Shown here one piece after another: positions 50,519 to 58,817 of a stretch of DNA of 64,000 bases (position 1 is the first letter of the stretch; each line of letters begins with the position of its first letter). The stretch comes from an uncultured Oscillospiraceae bacterium. GTDB lineage: Bacteria; Bacillota; Clostridia; Oscillospirales; Oscillospiraceae. The notes under the pieces were generated by a model. The model did not search any database. It saw only the letters and a program-made list of their open reading frames with translations, and was not told where the DNA came from. The stretch spans positions 2,427 through 66,426 of the forward strand of contig CANRIF010000003.1 of assembly GCA_947630645.1 (NCBI GenBank), written 5' to 3'. A program made the position numbers and the translations under genes.

Positions 50519-51179
50519 CGTGCGTGTCATAGAGGTCAAACAGAGCGTCTTTGCCGACAACGACGCCGAGGCGGAGCGCATCCGCCGGGAATTGAAGCGG
50601 GAGAAGACCTTCCTTGTGAACCTCATGTCCTCCCCCGGGGCGGGCAAGACCACCACCCTGCTGCGGACCATCGCCGATCTGAAGGGCGAGATGCGTATCG
50701 GCGTCATGGAGGCGGACATCGACGCCACCGTGGACGCCGAGGCAATTGCCGCCGCCGGGGCCGACGCCATCCAGATCCACACCGGCGGTATGTGCCACCT
50801 GGACGCGGGCATGACTGAGCAGGGCCTGAGGGAGATCGGCGCCGCCGATTTCGACCTGGTGGTGCTGGAGAACGTGGGCAACCTGGTCTGCCCGGCGGAG
50901 TTCGACACGGGCGCGGCCAAGAACGTGGCCATCCTGTCCGTGCCGGAGGGCCACGACAAGCCCTTGAAGTACCCCCTCATGTTCCAGGTCTGCCAGGCGC
51001 TCATCATCAACAAGATCGACGTGCTGCCCTACTTTGATTTCGACATGGAGAAGGTCGTGTCCTACGCGAAGATGCGGAACCCCTCCATCGAGATCTTCCC
51101 CGTCTGCGCCAAGACCGGCGAGGGCTTCGCCGCCTGGGAGGACTGGCTCCGGCGTGAGACTGCCGCCTGGAACGGCTGA
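50511..51179 (+). CDS. hypB: Nickel-dependent GTPase HypB (222 aa)
   Basis: P-loop SSPGAGKTT, the GGMCHLDA Cys-His metal motif, ENVGNLVCPAEFD and NKIDV. It overlaps the hypA stop (ATGGATAA). Confidence 0.9.
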   Translation: MDNVRVIEVKQSVFADNDAEAERIRRELKREKTFLVNLMSSPGAGKTTTLLRTIADLKGEMRIGVMEADIDATVDAEAIAAAGADAIQIHTGGMCHLDAGMTEQGLREIGAADFDLVVLENVGNLVCPAEFDTGAAKNVAILSVPEGHDKPLKYPLMFQVCQALIINKIDVLPYFDFDMEKVVSYAKMRNPSIEIFPVCAKTGEGFAAWEDWLRRETAAWNG

Positions 51180-51202
51180 CAAAACAATACCAAAACGCGC
51201 CC

Positions 51203-51244
51203 TGGCCGCCGGGAATTCCCGGCGGCCAGGGCATTTTATTGCAG
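51203..51244. repeat. hypB terminator hairpin, copy 1 of a roughly 40-nt direct repeat
   Basis: tggccgccggg-aatt-cccggcggccaggg-cattttattgcag. The full 15-bp stem runs 51199-51232 and is followed by TTTT. Copy 2 is at 54403-54442. Confidence 0.85.
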
Positions 51245-51287
51245 ACAATGGCGAGCATCTTTGCGGGATGGTCGCAGTCTATCCGGC

Positions 51288-52919
51288 TCAATAGCCGGCC
51301 CTCTCCAATTCATCCAGCATGGCACGGCGGCGGGGATAGGTCTCGCGCCACATCTTTGTCGCCTGACTGACAGCCGCCGCCCCCTCCGGGTATGTACGCA
51401 GCTTTCGCAGATAAGCGATACATTTCCGGTAAGCGCTCCGCCCATCTGCAAGGTTCATCGCCCTGTCCAGACACTGCAAATAGAGATCTCTTGTCTTCTC
51501 CGGCGACCATGACCGCAGTACCGATTCATAGCGGTCCACTTCTTCCGTCCTCGCTGTGTATGAGAGCAGGTCATACAGCCGCTGGAACTGCCCATCCCAT
51601 GCCAGAAGCGCAGGCGTATTCGCCCGCATAGATGGTTGGCGCAGGATCTGCTCGAACAGCACCGGCCACTGGGCCGCCGGCGTCAGTTCCTTCAGCTGCT
51701 CTACATATTCGGTTTTCCAGGTTTTGCAGGAGAAGATCAGATCGCGCAGCTCCTGCTCATAAAGCGCCGTCTGCCCGGTCTTGCGGTATAGTTCAGCCAA
51801 TTGCTCACAGTACCGCATGACCAGACGGCCTTCATCCCCGTCCAGTTCTTTGCTCTCCCGCAGCAGCGCAATCGCCGTTTGGTCATCGCCTTGATCGATG
51901 CAGTCCCTGATCTGCATCTGTCTGACAGCCGGCAGCTTTTGGAACCGGGCGAGATACGCCTGTATCTGTTCCTTATCCGCGCCCATCCGTTCCATAAGAT
52001 ATCGTCTCTGTTCCACGAGCCTGCCGATCTTCTGATCCGAGCCGCCTTTCCCGATCGTCTCGTCCAACGACCGCAGGCTTGCCTGCATCTGCTTCACATC
52101 CCAGTCCGCCTCCATGAGTGCCGCCTCGACCATGCCAAAATCATCTGGCAGCCTTTTCGTGAGCAGGCCGTACATCTGCTCTTTCTCCTCTGCATCCGCT
52201 CTCTGAATCATGTCCATCCAAACGTCCTCACAGCAGCTGAAGACCTCGGACATACCGCCGTCCGAATCGTCCATCTCCTCTCTCACGATAAAATCGTAGA
52301 CCATACAAGCCAGCCGGAAAGCGCCCAGAAAAAAACCGCTGTCTATCAGATCCGACGCTGTATCATGCAAGAACTCACATACCGACATGCAGAGATCATA
52401 CGCCTGATCGTATTCAATGAATCTGTCCCGGCCGCGGGCCCCGCAGGCCAATTTTTCCAGGTGTTTCGCCCAAATGTCGTATTGCCCGGCTGGTAGTTCC
52501 TTTGTCACTCGCAGGATCAGCCGTTCCTGAAGGTTCCTGTCCCTGGCCGCTATCCCCGCCAGCAGCGACCTAAGTTCCGGCTCCTCCATTTGGTCCAGTG
52601 CCTCGCGCCAGGAAACGGAGGCCGCCTTTTTATCTTCATGTCCCGTTTTCTGCGCCTCACCCGCCTCCAGGGCAAAAAGCACCGCAGCCATGTGCTTGCA
52701 GGCGTTCCCATCGCCGGCATAAGGGCAGGTACAATCGGCATCATCGAACATATCATTCGTCAGGACGATCTCCACATCATAATCTTCCGTTCCCTGCACG
52801 ATCGCTGTGACCATATCTCCCTGATCATGCAGTTGCCTTACGCATCCCTGCCGCCAATATTTCTCCCCGCGCTCCAGGATCCTGTCCTCAAAATATTCGC
52901 GCCACATAGGGTCCAGCAC
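51288..52919 (-). CDS. SWIM-zinc-finger protein with a long alpha-helical C-terminal region (543 aa)
   Basis: CTCPYAGDGNACKHMAAV fits the CxC-xn-CxH SWIM signature. The rest is helix-rich with no catalytic motif I recognise. Confidence 0.8.
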   Translation of the reverse strand: MLDPMWREYFEDRILERGEKYWRQGCVRQLHDQGDMVTAIVQGTEDYDVEIVLTNDMFDDADCTCPYAGDGNACKHMAAVLFALEAGEAQKTGHEDKKAASVSWREALDQMEEPELRSLLAGIAARDRNLQERLILRVTKELPAGQYDIWAKHLEKLACGARGRDRFIEYDQAYDLCMSVCEFLHDTASDLIDSGFFLGAFRLACMVYDFIVREEMDDSDGGMSEVFSCCEDVWMDMIQRADAEEKEQMYGLLTKRLPDDFGMVEAALMEADWDVKQMQASLRSLDETIGKGGSDQKIGRLVEQRRYLMERMGADKEQIQAYLARFQKLPAVRQMQIRDCIDQGDDQTAIALLRESKELDGDEGRLVMRYCEQLAELYRKTGQTALYEQELRDLIFSCKTWKTEYVEQLKELTPAAQWPVLFEQILRQPSMRANTPALLAWDGQFQRLYDLLSYTARTEEVDRYESVLRSWSPEKTRDLYLQCLDRAMNLADGRSAYRKCIAYLRKLRTYPEGAAAVSQATKMWRETYPRRRAMLDELERAGY

Positions 52920-52948
52920 TCGGATGCACCTCCGCTTTCCTATCTATT

Positions 52949-54241
52949 CTAATCCCGCAGCACACCTATCGGGACCACCTTGACCCCATCCGGGCGGGTA
53001 TAGGCCATCTCACCGCCGGTGATGACCATCATTAGATCAGGCTCCCGGAGAGGCACCTGGGCCTCGTTTTTGTTGTACTTTCGTACCAATTCTCTGATCT
53101 GTAAAAGATGGCCGGCCCCTTCCTCGATCTCCCGGCTGCCCAGCTTGAATTCTATCAGCGCATACCGGCCGTCATCCAGGTGCAGCACAGCATCCGCCTC
53201 CAGGCCATAACGGTCGTGATAGTAGGACACTTTCCCTCCCATCGCCTGGGAATACACTTTCAAGTCCCGAATACACAGGCACTCGAAGACAAATCCGAAG
53301 GTCTTCAGATCGGTCTGGAAGTACTCCGGCGTCAGGCCAAGGGCTGCCACCGGGATAGACGGGTCTGTGAAACCCCGCTTTTTCCCAGAGCGGATGGTCG
53401 TCGCCGAGCGGATGGCAGGGCACCAGGCGTCGATGTCCTCGATGACGAACAGCTTCTCCAGTGCATTCAGATAGGCATCCATGGTGGCCGCCGTCATGCT
53501 GTCGGCATTGGCGGCAACATCCTTGTAAATGGTCGTCTTCTTTGTCAGCGTGGACACATTCCTCGCATAGGAGCGGAGGATCATATTTGCCCAGGCGGGG
53601 TTTCGCTGCACCCCATCCACCGTAGATATATCTGTCTCACAGATATTATTGACATAGTCCTTCGCGATCATCAGCTTGGCCGCGTCGCTCTTTCGCCGGA
53701 GCGAGGCCGGCCAGCCGCCGCGGCAGGCCGCGAAGATCAACTCTTCGATGGGCAGGCCTGACATAGCGCCGTCGATGTCCAGCTTTGGGTCATCAAAAAG
53801 CGCCTTGAGAGAGACGCTTCCGTTGGACTGGCCGGATTCAAAGAGGCTCATAGGATACATCTTCATCCGCGAGATACGGCCCGTGCCGGAGTGCATGATC
53901 CCGGTGTTGTCCACTGATGTGGAGCCGGTCAGAATAAACAGCCCTTCCTCCTGCCGTCGGTCTACCGCCACGCGAACAGCATCCCACAGCACGGGCGCCA
54001 TCTGCCACTCGTCGATCAAGCGGGGATTCTCCCCCTTGAGGAGCAAAGAGGGCTTTGTCTCCGCCGTAGCAAGGTATCCCTCGCGGTGGTCGGGGTCCTG
54101 CATACGAAGCACGCTTTTTGCCCTTTGCTCCCCCGTCGTTGTCTTGCCGCACCATTTCGGCCCGATGATAAGCGTAGCCCCGAATGCTTCCAGCCGCAAC
54201 GCAAGTTCGTTGTCCACGACCCTCGGCATATAATCGATCAT
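52949..54241 (-). CDS. AAA-type ATPase (AAA_14/DUF4143-like) with a C-terminal PD-(D/E)XK-like motif (430 aa)
   Basis: Walker A GPKWCGKTT and Walker B RLIDEW. The C-terminal YHDRYGLEADAVLHLDDGRYALIEFKLG resembles E-x-D...E-x-K nuclease-fold motifs. Start ATG at 54241 (RBS GAGAGGTGAAAG). The track extension is AT-rich leader. Confidence 0.8.
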   Translation of the reverse strand: MIDYMPRVVDNELALRLEAFGATLIIGPKWCGKTTTGEQRAKSVLRMQDPDHREGYLATAETKPSLLLKGENPRLIDEWQMAPVLWDAVRVAVDRRQEEGLFILTGSTSVDNTGIMHSGTGRISRMKMYPMSLFESGQSNGSVSLKALFDDPKLDIDGAMSGLPIEELIFAACRGGWPASLRRKSDAAKLMIAKDYVNNICETDISTVDGVQRNPAWANMILRSYARNVSTLTKKTTIYKDVAANADSMTAATMDAYLNALEKLFVIEDIDAWCPAIRSATTIRSGKKRGFTDPSIPVAALGLTPEYFQTDLKTFGFVFECLCIRDLKVYSQAMGGKVSYYHDRYGLEADAVLHLDDGRYALIEFKLGSREIEEGAGHLLQIRELVRKYNKNEAQVPLREPDLMMVITGGEMAYTRPDGVKVVPIGVLRD

Positions 54242-54402
54242 GTCTTTCACCTCTCGCCTATGATTATATCCAAGGGTATTCCCTCTGTCAATTATTATTT
54301 TGTGTTTTTGGGCCTTTCTATTTTGTGTTTTTGAGATTATGTAATATATATTTTTGTGCTTATCAAAACACAGCGAGCGCGTTTTTCCCATTATCATAGT
54401 TA

Positions 54403-54442
54403 TGGCCGCCGGGGGTCCCGGCGGCCAGGGTTTTTATTGCAG
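54403..54442. repeat. Copy 2 of the roughly 40-nt direct repeat, overlapping the last two codons and stop of spoVAC
   Basis: tggccgccggg-ggt-cccggcggccaggg-tttttattgcag. It is offset exactly 3,200 bp from copy 1, with 36 identical positions in three blocks. Confidence 0.85.
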
Positions 54443-54874
54443 CAGGCACAGGATCAGGCCGTAGATCACGCTGGCGGCCAGGCCGAAGGCCAGCACCGGC
54501 CCGGCGATGGTGAACATCTTCGCCGCCGTGCCCAGGATGAAGCCCTCGGTCTTGAACTCCAGGGCCGGGCTGACCACGGCGTTGGCAAAGCCCGTGATGG
54601 GCACCAGGGTCCCCGCCCCGGCGGCCCGGGCCAGCTTGTCGTACACGTTCAGCCCCGTCAGCAGCGCGGACAGGCCCACCAGCGTCATGCTCACCGCCGC
54701 GGCGGCGTCCTCCTGGGCCAGCTGGGCCGCGTCCCGGTACAGTATGCCCAGCGCCTCCCCCAGGCAGCAGATCAGCCCGCCCACGACGAACGCCTTGATC
54801 AGGTCCCCCGCCAGCGGCGACTTTGGGGCCATGCCCTTGATATACTCGTTATACTCCCTGTTGGTCATATTCAT
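54434..54874 (-). CDS. spoVAC: Stage V sporulation protein AC (146 aa)
   Basis: AFVVGGLICCLGEALG, LLTGLNVYDKLARAAGAGTLVPITGFANAVVSPALEFKTEGFILGTAAKMFTIAGPV is the SpoVAC pattern. Confidence 0.85.
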   Translation of the reverse strand: MNMTNREYNEYIKGMAPKSPLAGDLIKAFVVGGLICCLGEALGILYRDAAQLAQEDAAAAVSMTLVGLSALLTGLNVYDKLARAAGAGTLVPITGFANAVVSPALEFKTEGFILGTAAKMFTIAGPVLAFGLAASVIYGLILCLLQ

Positions 54875-54908
54875 AAAAAATCACCTGCCCAATAGTTTGG
54901 GCAGGTGA
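54875..54908 (-). terminator. Terminator of the ABC operon; its 3' arm contains the spoVAC ribosome-binding site
   Basis: On the minus strand, tcacctgccc / aaactatt / gggcaggtga followed by TTTTTT and then the spoVAC ATG. AGGTGA is the only SD-like sequence for spoVAC. Confidence 0.55.
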
Positions 54909-54921
54909 TCGGGGTTTATGC
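54893..54921 (-). promoter_or_regulatory. Candidate forespore (sigma-F/G-like) promoter for spoVAC: GCATA-17-CAAACTA
   Basis: On the minus strand the -35-like GCATA is at 54917-54921 and the -10-like CAAACTA at 54893-54899. In Bacillus subtilis the spoVA operon is sigma-G dependent. Confidence 0.3.
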
Positions 54922-54955
54922 GTGAGCCGCCTGAATTTTGGCGGTCAGGGGATGC

Positions 54956-56716
54956 TTACTTCTCGACGGAAGCGTAGTTCCAGACGATATCGCCGGTCAC
55001 CAGGACCTGCAGGCCCTTGATGTAGGGCTTGACCATGGTCGGGTTGGTGTAGTAGTACAGAGGAGCCACTGCGCCGGTGGCCATCAGGATGTTCTCGGCC
55101 TCGGCAGCCATGTCGGCACGGGCCTCCATGTCGGACTCGGCCTTGATATCCTTCACCAGCGCGTCATAGGCGTCGGCCCAGGTCTGGTCGCCGTTCTCGC
55201 CGTAGACAGCGTCCAGGCCGGCGGTAGCGGTGGCCTCGGAGTTACGGGTGTAATCGCCGATGTCCTGGCCAAGACGAGGATAGTTGTTGCCGGAGTTGCT
55301 GATGAAGATCTCCAGGAAGTTGACCACGTCGTCGTAGTCGGCGACCCAGCCCATACGGGCGGCCTCGGCATCGCCGTTGCCCAGCTTGGTCTGCAGGGTG
55401 GCCCAGGCCTCCTGGTTGATGGTGGCGGTCACGCCGATGTTCTCCCAGACGCCCTGGACGTACTGGATGATGGCGGCGTTGGCGCCGGAGTTATTGAAGG
55501 AGAACTCGATGTTGGGCACGTCGGTGAACTTGATGTCGCCGGTCTCCAGGCTGCCGGTGTAGTTGTAGCCAAGATCCATGAGGATCTGGATGCCCTCCAC
55601 CTGGTCCTCGGTGTAAGTGGGATACTCCTCGGACATGGTGTTGGTGCCGGTGTACCACTGGCTGTAACGCTCGCCCTCGCCGCGCACAACGCCCTCGGCG
55701 CCGTCGCCCAGGCCATCAGGATAGAAGCCGGTGGCGGGCACCTGGCCAGCCATGGTGACGTAATCGACCAGTTCCTGGCGGTTGGGCATCAGGCCCAGCG
55801 CGTAACGGGCCTGGGCGTTCTCGGCGGCCGTGAAGGTCTTGCCCTCGGGGGACATATCCTTGTGGACGTTGAACAGGATGTAGTAAGTACCGATCTGCGG
55901 GTACACGATGCGCTCGCCGGGATAGGTGGCGTCGATGCGCTCGAACTCGGTGGGGTCGATGGACTGGATGACGGCGACGCTGTCAGACTCATAGGCGGAC
56001 AGGATGGCCACGTTGTCCTCGGACAGGTACGCGTTGATGCCGCCGATCTTCACGTTCTCAGCATTCCAGTAATACTCGTTCTTCTCAAAGGCCGCCACGT
56101 CGTCCACGGCGTACTGGGTCATACGGAAGGGGCCCATGCCGATGTAGGTCTCGGGGTTGACAGCCCAGGCGCCGTCGTTGTCGGTGACATCGGTCTTCAC
56201 GGGATAGAAGGTGGTGAAGGCAGTCAGTTCCAGGAAGTAGGCGCAGGGAGCGGCCAGGGTTACCACGATGGTGCCGGCCTCGTCGTCGGCCACCACGTTC
56301 AGTTCACCGGTGCCGTAGCCGTCGATCACGTCGAACAGGTAGCCGTAGTCGGCGCCCAGATCAGGGTCGGCGGCGCGGTTCCAGCTCTTGACCACGTCGC
56401 TGGCGACGAAGTCGGAGCCGTCGGACCACTTCAGGCCGTCGCGCAGCTGGAAGCTGTAAGTCAGACCGTCGGGGGAGACTTCCCAGCTCTCGGCCAGCTC
56501 GGGCTGTACGCCGTCCTCGGTCTTGATCGTCAGGCCGCAGAAGGCCAGGCGGATCAGGTTGGAGCCGGTGGACGCGGAGTTCAGGGCCGGGTCCATGGTC
56601 TCCGGCGTGCCGCCGCCGTACATGACGCTGACGACGGGTTCCCCGTCAGCCAGGGAGAACCCCCCCAGGCTCAGCACCATGGCGAGCGCCAGCACAAGCG
56701 CAAGCAGTTTCTTCAT
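54956..56716 (-). CDS. ABC transporter substrate-binding protein, family 5 (peptide/nickel type, 586 aa)
   Basis: Start ATG at 56716 (RBS GGAGGAAG), MKKLLALVLALAMVLSLGGFSLADGE. The size and motifs (LIRLAFCGLT, LKWSDGS, YYWNAENV) fit the OppA/DppA/NikA family. There is no lipobox Cys. Confidence 0.85.
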   Translation of the reverse strand: MKKLLALVLALAMVLSLGGFSLADGEPVVSVMYGGGTPETMDPALNSASTGSNLIRLAFCGLTIKTEDGVQPELAESWEVSPDGLTYSFQLRDGLKWSDGSDFVASDVVKSWNRAADPDLGADYGYLFDVIDGYGTGELNVVADDEAGTIVVTLAAPCAYFLELTAFTTFYPVKTDVTDNDGAWAVNPETYIGMGPFRMTQYAVDDVAAFEKNEYYWNAENVKIGGINAYLSEDNVAILSAYESDSVAVIQSIDPTEFERIDATYPGERIVYPQIGTYYILFNVHKDMSPEGKTFTAAENAQARYALGLMPNRQELVDYVTMAGQVPATGFYPDGLGDGAEGVVRGEGERYSQWYTGTNTMSEEYPTYTEDQVEGIQILMDLGYNYTGSLETGDIKFTDVPNIEFSFNNSGANAAIIQYVQGVWENIGVTATINQEAWATLQTKLGNGDAEAARMGWVADYDDVVNFLEIFISNSGNNYPRLGQDIGDYTRNSEATATAGLDAVYGENGDQTWADAYDALVKDIKAESDMEARADMAAEAENILMATGAVAPLYYYTNPTMVKPYIKGLQVLVTGDIVWNYASVEK

Positions 56717-56770
56717 AGTGTTTCTTCCTCCTGTAAAATAAAATATATTGCAGCGCAAAAAGCGGTACAA

Positions 56771-57733
56771 TCAAAGTTCCAGGCAGGCCGCCATGTGGCC
56801 GGGGGCGACCTCCTCCAGCTGGGGACAGCTCTCGGCGCACTTGGCCGTGGCCCGGGAGCAGCGGGTGCGGAACGGGCAGCCGCTGGGCATATGAAGCGGG
56901 CTCGGCACATCCCCCTCCAGCACGATGCGGTGGCTGGCGCGGGCGCGCTCCGGGTCCGGCACCGGCACGGCGGACAGCAGCGACACGGTGTAGGGATGCA
57001 CCGCGTGGCGGTACAACTCGTTGGCCCCGGCGATCTCCACGATGTGGCCCAGGTACATCACCGCGATGCGGCTGGAGATGTGCTTGACCACGCTCAAGTC
57101 GTGGGCGATGAACAGGTACGACAGGCCGAACTGGCTCTGCAGGTCCTCGAACATATTGACCACCTGGGCCTGGATGGACACGTCCAGCGCCGAGACAGGC
57201 TCGTCGCAGACGATGAACTCGGGCCGGGAGGCCAGGGCGCGGGCGATGCCGATGCGCTGGCGCTGGCCGCCGGAGAACTCATGGGCGTAACGGGTCATCT
57301 GTTCGCTGGAGATGCCCACCGTCGCCAGCAGCTCCCGCACCCGCTCGGTCCGCTCCTTGCGGGTCTTGCACAGCTTGTTCACGTCCAGCGGCTCCCCCAC
57401 GATGTCCGCCACCGTCAGGCGGGGGTTCAGCGAGGAATAGGGGTCCTGGAACACGATCTGCGCCCGGCGGCGGAACTCCTTGATGGTGCCGGGCCCCACC
57501 GTCTTGCCGTCGAAGATCACCTCGCCGGCGGTGGGCTTATACAGGTGCAGGATGGTGCGGCCCACGGTGGACTTGCCGCAGCCGGACTCCCCCACCAGGC
57601 CCAGGGTCTCGCCCCGGCCGATGGTGAAGCTCACGTCGTCCACGGCCTTGAGAGGCGTGGTGCGGAGAAAACCGGTGTTCACCGGGAAATATCGCTTGAG
57701 GTTTTTGACCTCCACCAGAACAGGCTCGTTCAC
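56771..57733 (-). CDS. ABC transporter ATP-binding protein (OppF/DppF-like, 320 aa)
   Basis: Walker [10 protein letters not shown], signature FSGGQRQR, Walker [13 protein letters not shown], and the C-terminal [10 protein letters not shown] oligopeptide-transporter motif. Confidence 0.9.
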   Translation of the reverse strand: MNEPVLVEVKNLKRYFPVNTGFLRTTPLKAVDDVSFTIGRGETLGLVGESGCGKSTVGRTILHLYKPTAGEVIFDGKTVGPGTIKEFRRRAQIVFQDPYSSLNPRLTVADIVGEPLDVNKLCKTRKERTERVRELLATVGISSEQMTRYAHEFSGGQRQRIGIARALASRPEFIVCDEPVSALDVSIQAQVVNMFEDLQSQFGLSYLFIAHDLSVVKHISSRIAVMYLGHIVEIAGANELYRHAVHPYTVSLLSAVPVPDPERARASHRIVLEGDVPSPLHMPSGCPFRTRCSRATAKCAESCPQLEEVAPGHMAACLEL

Positions 57734-58800
57734 TGCGCCTGCCCTCCTTTCACGGCGGCGTCCAGCGTGCCCTCCAGGTCGATGGCGACGATCTGGCCGT
57801 CGTCATCCGTCTGGACCAAGCCCCGCTCGGAGCCATCCTTCACGTTCATCCAGCAGGCGCTCAAATGGTCGCGGCCCACCCAGACCTCCTTGGCCCGGCC
57901 GGTGAGGCAGACCTTCATGGCGTTGTCGCACCGGGGCGCGAAGGGGCAGCCCTCCGGCATATTTAAGAGGTCGATGGGCGTACCCAAGATCGGCACCAGC
58001 CGCTCATGCTCGTCGTCGTCGATGGAGGGGATGGAGCGCATCAGGCCCTTGGTGTACTCATGGGCCGGGTGGTAGAATATCTCGTCCGCCGTGCCCCGCT
58101 CGCACACGCTGCCGGCGTACATGACGATGACCTCGTCGCACAGGCTGGCGATGACGCCCAGGTCGTGGGTGATCATGATGATCGCCATGCCCAGCTTCTT
58201 TTGCAGCTGCTGCATCAGTTCCAATATCTGCGCCTGGATGGTCACGTCCAGGGCGGTGGTGGGTTCGTCCGCGATCAGGATGTCCGGCTCACAGGCCAGC
58301 GCCATGGCGATCATCACCCGCTGGCGCATACCGCCCGACAGCTCGTAGGGGTACTGACGCAGGCGCTTGTCCGGCTCGTTGATGCCCACCAGCTCCAGCA
58401 TCTCCATGGCCCTGGCCCGGGCCTGCTCCTTGTTGCGGTCGGTGTGCAGCAAGATGGCCTCCATCAGCTGATTGCCCACGGTGTAGACCGGGTTCAGGCT
58501 GGTCATGGGGTCCTGGAAGATGATGGAGATCTTGTTGCCGCGGATCTTACGCATCTCCTCCTCCCCGGCGCCCACCAGCTCCTGGCCTCTGAACTTGATG
58601 CTCCCGCTGACGATGCGGCCGGGATGGGACAGGATCTGCAGGATGGAATAGGCGGTGACGCTCTTGCCGGAACCGGACTCGCCCACGATGCCCAGCACCT
58701 TGCCGCTGTCCAGGTTGAAGGAGATGCCGTTGACCGCCTTCACCTCGCCCGCCGGCGTGAAGAAGGAGGTGTGCAGGTCTTTGACTTCCAGCATTGCCAT
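57730..58800 (-). CDS. ABC transporter ATP-binding protein (OppD/DppD-like, 356 aa)
   Basis: [30 protein letters not shown] and [11 protein letters not shown] 4-nt overlap with the downstream ATPase gene. Confidence 0.9.
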   Translation of the reverse strand: MAMLEVKDLHTSFFTPAGEVKAVNGISFNLDSGKVLGIVGESGSGKSVTAYSILQILSHPGRIVSGSIKFRGQELVGAGEEEMRKIRGNKISIIFQDPMTSLNPVYTVGNQLMEAILLHTDRNKEQARARAMEMLELVGINEPDKRLRQYPYELSGGMRQRVMIAMALACEPDILIADEPTTALDVTIQAQILELMQQLQKKLGMAIIMITHDLGVIASLCDEVIVMYAGSVCERGTADEIFYHPAHEYTKGLMRSIPSIDDDEHERLVPILGTPIDLLNMPEGCPFAPRCDNAMKVCLTGRAKEVWVGRDHLSACWMNVKDGSERGLVQTDDDGQIVAIDLEGTLDAAVKGGQAQ

Positions 58801-58817
58801 AGATCAAAGCCCCCCTT

